NCBI GenBank assembly: GCA_001275005.1
Contig: JWZX01003396.1
Location: 1 to 47,108 of the forward strand
Direction: 5' to 3'
DNA from: Chrysochromulina tobinii
Taxonomy: Eukaryota
Length of the DNA: 47,108 nt
Position numbers and translations under genes: made by a program. The notes beneath the pieces were generated by a model. That model saw only the letters and a program-made list of their open reading frames with translations. It was not told where the DNA came from and searched no databases. Positions 11,654 to 20,613 of the stretch are shown piece by piece (the stretch's first letter is position 1; every line of letters starts with the position of its first letter).

Positions 11654-12030
11654 TGAACACGTCCAGGACGGGGGTGCGCATGTTGAACTGACCTTCGTTG
11701 CTGTTTGTTCACAGTGAGTCACGAGCCGGTCGAGGTCGTTGACATGGTAAGGCCAGACGTGCAACAATGGGACCGAGACGCGAGAGACACTCCGCACACC
11801 GGCGACCCCACCCGACCGGGCACCGGGGCCGCGGCGGACCGGGCGTGTTCGCGTAGACCGTAGTCGCTCGCCGTACTATACTATTACTAACCGGTACGTT
11901 TCGCAACCTAGGTCCTAGCCGAACTACGGACCGACCTCTCCGCGGGTCACGCTCTCAGATAGTCTGGTGGTGCTGATATCAAAGTGTGTTTGCGATATGA
12001 GATAATAGTGTTCACTTTGTTACGTAGAGG

Positions 12031-12624
12031 CTATGACCTTCTTGGGGCTTCATTCCCCGGTGGCGGAGAACTGTGCGCCTGCAGCCGCAGGCGCTTGGTC
12101 GTGACGCACACGAGTGGATGCTCGTCAACGTCCTGCGGCATCAGCTCCCTCGCCTCGCGGCTCTGCGCGTCGGCCATGCGCTTAAGCGAAGCACAGTCGA
12201 AGATCATCGTGCTGCCAATGTCCTCGTCGTAGGTGCCTCGAAAGGAGTGCTCGCCAACAGTGACTCTAGGTGCGTCTGAGAGCAAATCCTGCCGAGGGAA
12301 AAGAGCCGCACGAGGGTCACGATCGCAAATGCTGTTGCTGCTGTGCTGCTGCTGCTGCTGCAAGTGCTACTGGCGGTGGCGGCGGCGGCGGCGGTGGTAG
12401 TGGTGATGGTGGTGGTGGTCGTCGTGCGCGAGGGCCAGCTTTCTAGCGTGCGTGGGTGGACAGCCTCGTACCTTGAGGATGATTTCGCTCGAAAGCTGCG
12501 CCGTTGAGCCAGGCTCGAGGCCGACAAAGACATACTCTACCTCGGGCTCCGATGATTTGAGCGCAGGCGCCGATGGTCCACGCGCCGCCAGGAACGACAG
12601 CGCGGAATCGAGTGTTTCCGCCAT
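12031..12624 (-). CDS. GTF3C6: TFIIIC subunit 6-like (triple-barrel domain); 2 exons
   Basis: complement(join(12031..12288,12472..12624)); EYVFVGL...IILK/DLLSDAPRVTVGEHSFRGTYDEDIGSTMIFD...TTKRLRL; phase-0 GT-AG intron containing trinucleotide microsatellites. Confidence 0.75.
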
Positions 12625-12672
12625 GTTGCTGTTCAACACAACGCGTGAGACGTACGGACCCGGATGTGGCCG

Positions 12673-12747
12673 ACACAACCCGTGGTAACACAACCCGTGG
12701 TAACACAACCCGTGGTAACACAACCCGTGGTAACACAACCCGTGGTA
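12673..12747. repeat. Perfect 15-bp tandem repeat x5 in a divergent promoter region
   Basis: ACACAACCCGTGGTA five times without mismatch. Confidence 0.97.
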
Positions 12748-13038
12748 ATTCAGGACGTTAATCGGCAAAGCTTGGGGGAAGAGAATTGAAGGCAACACGC
12801 ACGAGCAGATCCATTGACGTGGCCGCAATTTAAGTCTGCGCCGTCCATATGTGGCTCCACGGGACAGGTGGTCGTGCGTCATGCCAACTTGGTCAATATA
12901 AAGATTGTCACGGGGCCCTGAAAGAAGTTTTCGGAGATTTCGCGGAGATTTTGCCCTCTTTCCGCGGCGCGCGGCGCCGCGGAAGACGCCTAGGCAGCCG
13001 CGGGGCATTTGCACGGGCGGTATCGCCGCGGCGGTGCC

Positions 13039-15086
13039 ATGAAGTTCGGCAAGCGGCTGCTGGCCGCGCAGTGGGGGCCATGGCAAGGCATATACGTGCC
13101 CTACAAGCAGCTCAAGAAGCTGCTCAAATTGGGCTCTAACGACCCGATGCGCTACGCCGAGATGGAGGGGTCATTTGTCTCAATGTTCCTGAAGTCGATC
13201 CAGGCCATTGATGAGTTCTTCGAGTCCCAAATGACCCTGCTAGGGGAGCGGACACGCGATCTTGGCGCAACCGTCGATGAGCCGTGGAGCAGCAGCGTCA
13301 ATGAGCTCCTGGAACGTGTTTCACACGAGGTGGACCTGGTGCAAGATGGTGCCACATGGCTGCGCAACTACGTGGAGCTCAACCTTCAAGCGGTGCGCAA
13401 AATCATGAAGAAGCACGACAAGCTCTCGCCCGTCCGCATGAGCGGCGCCCTGATCGCCTTCGTGGATGAGCGCGGCTTCTCCTCCCTTAATCGCCTGGAT
13501 ACGCTCTTGCTGGAGGCACAAGTGCTCCTCGGCCGGTGCATGGCCAAGTACGGGTCAGCCATCAGCCATCATTCGGCCATGCAGACGGCCACCCAGTCTG
13601 CCAGCGCGGCCCATGCCGACGCCGCCCCTGTCTCCGCAAGCGCGAGCATCGGTAGCACAAGGACGACGCCGCCGCACATGTCGCCAGCCTCGCCGAGTGA
13701 CGAAAAGGGCCCACCGGGATTCCCCACACCAGGATCCCCGGCGCGCGCGCCGCCCGACTCGCTCGTGCGCAATGACCAGCCGCTCCTTTGCGCTGCCGTC
13801 TCCGTCTCGCTCCCTGGCTCCTGCGTGTCTGCGACCAGAGCGTCCGCCGAACCGCTTGTGGCGTCGTCTGCCGCCATGCTGGCCACTACCGGTAAGATGG
13901 ATTGCTCGGGCTGTGACGGCACTTCGGGGGGGGAGGGGCAGGGCATGGCGAGCGATGCGACCTGGGGTGACGGCGGCCCTGACGGCCAGCAAGGCATTGG
14001 GCGACGCCAGGCGTGCGTCGAGTGCCACAGGGCGAAGAGCGCATGCCAGGGGTACCCTTGTACTCGCTGCGTGCGCCTCGGCAAGGCATGTGTGATGCGG
14101 GAGAAGCGCAAGCGGCGGCGCTGTTGGCGCACTGGCGAGGGCGGCGACATTTCAGGGCTCTCGGCGGCGGCTGGTACGCGCGCGCGCCATCCCTCCCACC
14201 CAACCGCATGCCTCCCACGCGAGCGTGCCGGCCGCTACCGACAGTGCCCTGCTTTGTATCCCGCTTCCCTCGCCATGATCTCGAGATGCGAGATGCGATC
14301 TCGAGATGCGAGTCGAGCGTGCCGCCCTGCCTTCGCTCCGCGTTCCTCACACCACCCGTCCCCCATCCCTTGCTTGCCCCTGCGCTCGTGCGCGCGTGCG
14401 CAGCGGCCGCGAGCTTGCACTCGCATCAATACTCGGACGGGTGCGACATGTCCTTCGGAGTTGACGAAACCGACGAAGGGCGACCCGCGACGATGACGAA
14501 GCTGCCGGCGCAGAAGCCACAGCCGTTGCAACTCGCGCCCGTAGCGGCGCCTCGGTGGGTCGGCGGTGTTGGCGCTCGGCCAACGCTTGAACCACACCTG
14601 ATGGTGCCGCCGGGCGGCGGCAACAGCGCCGTGATGATGGCCTCATCAGGATCCGAGGGCGGCTACGCGGCTGCTGGCTACTTTCATCCTCCTCATGGCT
14701 ACGTTCTGGGGCCAATGACGGTTGCCAACTCGCCAGGGCACCTTCCCCCTAGCCATGCCCTCGGTACACATGGTTCGCACTTCTCGTCGGTGCCGCCGCC
14801 GCATGCGATGATCCCAACCCTGGCCAGGGGCATGGGCGGTGCCATGCCGCAGTCCCTCGCCGCCCTGGGGTCCTACCAACCCCCGCACCCCAACGACGTG
14901 CACGCGTCGTCCAGCTCACACGCCCGTTCACGCACCACTTCAAACGCCACTTCACACACCACTCCAAACGCCAGCTCACACGCAATGTCTCCGGAGTACC
15001 GAGAGGCGTTCACGGGCGGTAATCTCGATATCCTGAGCGCTGTCGCACTGAGTGACCCACTGAGGGGGTTACCGACGGTCGCTTGA
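13039..15086 (+). CDS. SPX domain + Zn(II)2Cys6 binuclear-cluster putative transcription factor; 2 exons
   Basis: join(13039..14173,14404..15086). SPX: MKFGK..W...YVPYKQLKK and LRNYVELNLQAVRKIMKKHDK. Zn cluster: ACVECHRAKSACQGYPCTRCVRLGKAC followed by EKRKRRR. Intron GTACG...GCGCAG joins a Pro/His/Met-rich C-terminus in frame. Confidence 0.9.
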
Positions 15087-15771
15087 GCGCCATGGTCGGT
15101 CCGTTTGGCTATTCCATTGGCCCTCGTACGTCATACGTGTGTGGGTGCTCGACCCACGCTGTACGCGGTGCACTCTCTGGTGGAGGTCGTTGTGTGTGTG
15201 CGGTGTCGTGGGTACTCGCGCGAGTCGTCGGCACGGTCGACGGTACGGCAGTCGCGCGGCCGCTCATGATCAGGTGAGATCGGCGTGCTCGAGGGCGGTG
15301 CCGACGAACGTTTTCCAAGCACGAAACATATCATACATGCCGTCAATTTTGAATTTGGCAATTTCACTTCGACTTCGCTCTTCGGTCTTCGCGTACTCGA
15401 CTCGACTTCCGTTCGCTGCCGCCTCTTCTGCGTTTGATTCGCGTTACGTGGTGCACCGTCCTGGGAGGGACGGAGTCGAAATAAATATAAATCGTTTTCC
15501 CTCCGCCTGGTCCCGTTTGCGTTTCCGTCCGCAGGTTCCCCGTTCATGCCGGCTCACACGGCTCCCTGCACCCGACCGCACATCGTGTCAGTAGACTCCA
15601 CGCCGATCTCCGCGTCGCGCGTGTGGAGATCCGTATAGAGTGTCGCTCCACACCGAGATGCGTGTCGTCCCCGGGGACAAGTTTGACGAGAGCGGGTGTC
15701 GCGCCTCGGTCTCACCGTCCAGTGTCCAGGCGCCGGCTGTGCTCACATTGCGTGGCAGCGAGACCAACCCG

Positions 15772-16995
15772 TTACAACTGCGCGGGCTCGTCCGCAGGCT
15801 CGTCGCCGTAAAAGTGCTTCTCGCGCTTGCGCTCGATGTCGATAGCCGCTTCAACCGCTTCATTCAGAGCGGAGCCGTCAGCCTCGGTGCCCTTGGCACG
15901 TACGAATTGCTGGAGCGCGAGGAGTGATCGCAGGCAGATGTGAGGTAGGAAGTCGACCAGCTGCTGCAACCAGCCCATCGCGCTCAAGATCTCAAGGACG
16001 CTCACGTCCAAGGGGGATTGTAAGTGCACGTCACGGCCCGCCGACCAGCTGCTCTGTTGTTGCATGGAGCGTACGGGCGCGTCTGTCATGTCGAAGACAA
16101 TCCGCGGCTTCCCCAGTTGTCCGGCAGCGTGAGCTATGATATCGATGGTGAGCCCGGAGAGAGAAGTACCCATCACAAGCAGGAGGTCGCATGCAGCTGT
16201 TTCGCCGAGGAAGTCTACGCGCTCGCCCGCAGCGTTGCGCGTCCACAGTGTGCGGTCAAAAAGCACGGTGCCTGGCTTGACTGAGTAAGTGCCGAGAACC
16301 CTCTCGCGCTCGGCAGCGGCGGCGACAGGCCCTGAGGTGGGCAAGAGGTCGCCAAACATGTCCAGCGTGATGGGCGTGGAAGTAGCGGGGCCCGGCCAGA
16401 GGTGAGAGCTCTTGCCCTTGCGGGCGGGCCGATCCGCGTAAATGTCGCGTATGTTGGTCTTCACGAGGCTGACATATTTCTGGTAGAGCGGATCTTCGGG
16501 GGACGTGCAGAGTGGCACGTCCATGGGCTCTGAGACTAGGCACGACATAAGGCCATGGGGATTATACAGCTTGCTTTTGTCGCTCACCACCTTGTGATCG
16601 AGCCCATCGATATTCTGCGATGCGAGGAGGTGCAGCTTCCCATTGCGGTTGAGCACCTCGGGCAAAACGTGTGCGAGTGTACCCTTCCACTGACCCTCAC
16701 CCAGCCCAATGATGAGACCTCGGCGCAGCTCGTGATAGGGCAGCGGATTGACTTCGAAATAGCTGTGTGTCAGTGCGGCACGAATGTCGTGTGCGAGCTG
16801 CTCTTTTTGCCACTCGACTGGTCGGCCGACATGGTCCAGATACGTGAAAACCTCGAGAAGCTGCGCGCCAGTGCCGTACAGGCCTCCCGGGCTACGGAAG
16901 TCAGGAATGCCGGCGGCCGTCGACATTCCTGCGCCACTGAGGATCATCACTCGCTTCGCGGCTTTGAGATGCTGGACCGCCGCTGCGAGGTCCAT
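15772..16995 (-). CDS. Sirtuin (Sir2-family NAD-dependent deacylase) lacking CxxC pairs
   Basis: GAGMSTAAGIPDFRSPGGLY, QNIDGL, HG, VKPGTVLF and DLLLVMGTSL motifs; ATG 16995 (MDLAAAV). Confidence 0.9.
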   Translation of the reverse strand: MDLAAAVQHLKAAKRVMILSGAGMSTAAGIPDFRSPGGLYGTGAQLLEVFTYLDHVGRPVEWQKEQLAHDIRAALTHSYFEVNPLPYHELRRGLIIGLGEGQWKGTLAHVLPEVLNRNGKLHLLASQNIDGLDHKVVSDKSKLYNPHGLMSCLVSEPMDVPLCTSPEDPLYQKYVSLVKTNIRDIYADRPARKGKSSHLWPGPATSTPITLDMFGDLLPTSGPVAAAAERERVLGTYSVKPGTVLFDRTLWTRNAAGERVDFLGETAACDLLLVMGTSLSGLTIDIIAHAAGQLGKPRIVFDMTDAPVRSMQQQSSWSAGRDVHLQSPLDVSVLEILSAMGWLQQLVDFLPHICLRSLLALQQFVRAKGTEADGSALNEAVEAAIDIERKREKHFYGDEPADEPAQL

Positions 16996-17292
16996 CACCC
17001 TTTTGCGAGCCACTTCCCGAACACAATACAAGCACATGCGATTGCGAGCTCGCTGAGTGTGAAGCCTGTCTGTGAACGTGACCTGTGAAACCGTGTTCGG
17101 AACGAAGGGTGTATCCACTATCCTCCATACCATTCGGTTCAAAATCGCACCAGGCTGCGCCACACAAGGACCGGACATTGTACATGACGACCGACGGCTC
17201 CAAGCACATAGGTCGTCTAATAAGGCCGTCGGACCGCCAAGTCCACAGTCGAACTCAGGCAACCTGGCAGTTGTGGAAAGGTGTGATGGTCC

Positions 17293-20099
17293 CTACGAGC
17301 CGAGGCCAGTCAGGAGGCGTTTTTGGCGCGCGATCCGTGCCCTTGGCACAATCTCGTGCGCGAGCCAAGCCTCGAGGGCGACGCCAAAGGAGACAGTCAG
17401 CGCACCGGCGTTGCTTGTCTGCTGGAAAAGTCGCAAGAGCAGCATGGTGAACTCATCGTACACAAGTTCCGTGGAAAGATCGTCCGAATTCTCGGGAACA
17501 TAAAGCTCATCTTCTATGTTGACAAAGACGAATGCCTCGGCGACAGCACGTGCGCTGAAAGTCGGGCGTTTATCGTTGGGCTTTTCCATCAAGCCCGTAT
17601 CGCTCAAGAGCGCAAACAGCTCGGACAGGCACAAAGTGGCACCATGGCCACCATCGGCAAGCTTGTCCGTGCGCGCATAGAGCAAGAATGTCGAGAGCAA
17701 CTCCTTATAGTGGCGGGAAAAGGCCGCACGCACTGCTCGTGACTTGCGCAACGTGGACGTTTCCGCGATGGCGTTGGTGATGCGGCTCGCCATCGGCTCT
17801 ATGATTTGGACGACCAGCATCTGAAAGCACCCGGCCAATGCTTGAGCGTTTGGCACGGAATCTTTGTAGAGGTGCCATGCGATCCGCACCAGGGCGTGAA
17901 CGAAGTCGTGCTGTTGCATCAGCGCCTTCTTGGGGTCAAACATCTTCTTGGAGTCTTTCACTAGCTGTTTCTGATTTGCTTGGCGTCTCAAGCGAAGGTG
18001 GCACATAGGCCGTCGGACTCGAAGGCCCACTCGTCGGACTCGTCGGGCTCGATCGTCCATCGTCCGAGCCTGCAGATGCACTAGCAGGCACCCTCGCCAA
18101 TTCCGATGCCTTGGCAGCGTTTACTGGTGGGTAGCGACGAAAGCGTTGAACATGAACTGGTTCGTCTTCTTCATCAGACGACGAGCTGTCGTCCTCGTCG
18201 GGCTGACAGGATCGCATGAATAGTGTATTCACGTGATCCTGCGACACATCGGCGTAGTTGGCATCGAGTAAAAAGCGGCGGAATTGATGGATATTGATGG
18301 TGCTCGGTGGCGCATCGCCCGTCAGCACGGATTGGTCACATCCAAGAAGGGCATGCACCCGAAATACGACCTTCAGCGCGTCCATGTAGACGAGCAGCAT
18401 CGGAGCGAGAGCGGACCACGCTCTGTCCTTGCCGGGGCCACCGGGCCGGCCTGCAGCTGCTCGGCATAGGTCGCGCACAGAAATGGATAGCCATTCCTTA
18501 GGCACGCTCATGTATGACACCGGCACAGGCTCAGGTTTTGGCAGTGTGTCGTAGCGCCTCTCCTCGCTCCAGGGCCCCGGGCCGATGGTGTTGACAGCCC
18601 TGAGCCTGAAGACGTACTCCATGTCGGGTACCAACTTGTGGCGATCCTGGGACACGCAACACTTATAACCATTCCACGTGCTGTCTGTGGCACTCGTATC
18701 GGATGCGTCGTCCGCCTCAAGATGCGCCTTGCCCATTCGAGCAAGTAGGCGTCGACGTAGGGCTTGATTAGCATGATAAACAGGGTCGGGGTCAATGCCT
18801 TGATACACGAGTCGAAAGGAGCTTGCATAGTTCTCGGGCTCGATGGGGTCGACCCACGCCACCTCCATCTCGTACCTATGGGGCTCATCGTTTCCGTCAA
18901 ACGGGACCTCTTTCAGCAAGACGGTGATCGAATGGTAAGTCGCCTCGACAAACTCGACTGGCTTGCACTGTTCGGGGGTGTTGAGCTCTGGCGGGGGCGT
19001 CGTCGAAATCAACCGCAGGCGCAGACGCCCAGCATCCGGGCCGGCGCGTGGGATGGTGCCCTTAGGCTTCTTCACGTAGTTGCGATCACGGCTAATGCTG
19101 TCGATGATCGCTTGCTGAATCCTGCACAGGGAAGAAGACGAGTGGGCGGGCGTCATTGCAGTGGGGCAGCAGGTCACCAGTTACGATCTAGCGCGCGACT
19201 TCTTACAGTTCGGCATCAGCACAACTCTCATCTCCGAGAAAGCGGGACTCGATGATCTCATCGCCGGCTTCAACGAGTCGAGACCGCTCGCACAGCACAC
19301 GCGCTAGTCGCGTGTGGCCGCGAGGTGAGGACGGACACAGTCGGATCGCTTGCCTGGCATCCGCCTCTGAGTCCTCGGCAAGCCCTAAAATCAGCCTGGC
19401 CCTTGCCCGCTGGGTGTAGAGCCTGTCATCGTGTGGCGTGAGACTAATCATAGTGCTCACTGCTTCTTCGTACATGTTCCAGTCGCCGAGTGCGAGGCCT
19501 TCCATGGCTTGATCGCGGGAGGCTGCAAGCTGAGTACGCAAACGAGTCACAGCATTTGCCATCTCCTTATCCTCGGCGCTGCGCTGCTCCTCCAGCTGCT
19601 TGATCTCATTGTCGCGTTCGCTGGAGCTTGCAACCGTTTGCCCACCAGCTGCATGTCGAGGTGCTCCCTCCATCGCGCGAGCTTTGGTCAGAATCGCAGC
19701 GAGTGATCCTTTCCTCGTGGGGCTGCCCTCGCCGAGGTCGAAAACGTCCGTCGCTAGAGCTCCCGCACCTGCCCACGAGTAGGCAGGGCTTGGGGCCTTC
19801 GTTGCCATCACTTTGATACTGCGACGCATCATGGTCGGGCTCGACGTATCAGGACGGCTGGTACGTATCTCTGCTGCTGTAAACGGCAGTACAGCTCCTC
19901 TGATGTTAGCACGAGCAGCGTTGTTGGGCAGCAACTGAGCAATTCCAGTGCGCTGCTTTGACTGGGGCCTGCTCGTACTTGGCGAGAGCTGTTCTGGGTT
20001 CCGCCTCGGACTTGGCAGGCGAGGTGAAACTACGCTGAGCCCTGCCCACCTGGGCGAGGGCGCCAAGCACACCACTGGTAGACCCCCTGAGGCCACCAT
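17293..20099 (-). CDS. TPR + fibronectin type III + EF-hand-like protein; one clear intron and one frame break near 17955
   Basis: TPR helices (LYTQRARARLILG..DARQAIRLCP). Intron 19206-19122 (GTAAGA...GTGCAG) is in frame. FN3 signature LVPDMEYVFRLRAVNTIGPGPWS. C-terminal EF-hand-like helices (HDFVHALVRIA, LVYDEFTMLL) lie in a +1 frame. Confidence 0.7.
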
Positions 20100-20613
20100 G
20101 TGGTGCCGTACCTGGTCCGTGGATCACAACACGCGGAACAGGCGACCACGCGGCCGCTCGCGGCGAGCCCGAGGAGGCAGAAAGGTGCTCGTCGGAACGA
20201 TCAAAGTCCTCCAAGTTTGCGCCGTAGATGACAAGTCTCAAAAAAGCAGCCGAACCGACGCGAAACAGATTCCACAGCGGGTGGGGTACCTACCCGCCTC
20301 CCATAGGTTCGGAAAACCGTCAGAACACAGAGGGCACTAAGGTAACGAGCATTCGACTTTGAGGGTTCGACGGGGTCTCTCACACGAGGTCGGCGGCACA
20401 ATAAGGTTGGTGCCATGGTTGCCTGACTCCCCGCCCCCCCCCATTCACTCCCCCATCCCCCCAACATCGGCCCCAATTTAGCCCCAGTTGCCCCCCAACC
20501 ATCACACAAGTACATCTGTCCGCGCCTTAGTCCGCTCCACCACACACATGTGCACGCGTCTCGGGGCTACTCGGGGCATTGACTCGGGGCATCACCTGCT
20601 TTGCGTCGCACGT

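Noticed and set aside
12673..12747. CRISPR array interpretation of this and the 1565-1633 repeat
   Set aside because: Head-to-tail units with no spacers, no cas genes, eukaryotic context
13088..13095. P1BS-like GCATATAC in the SPX gene
   Set aside because: Lies in coding sequence (GIYV); a single degenerate 8-mer is expected by chance
14174..14496. Cys/Arg-rich C-terminus of ORF 13009..14496
   Set aside because: Read-through into a GT-AG intron (14174-14403); the spliced frame is more plausible
16996..17262. N-terminal extension of the sirtuin ORF
   Set aside because: Non-ATG ORF start, and the sequence looks like UTR/intergenic DNA; the domain begins right after ATG 16995
7296..17960. A shared programmed +1 frameshifting system behind the three frame breaks
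   Set aside because: No common slippery sequence or structure; sequencing insertion error is simpler
20341..20400. GGTTCGA resembling a tRNA T-loop
   Set aside because: No cloverleaf stems could be built around it
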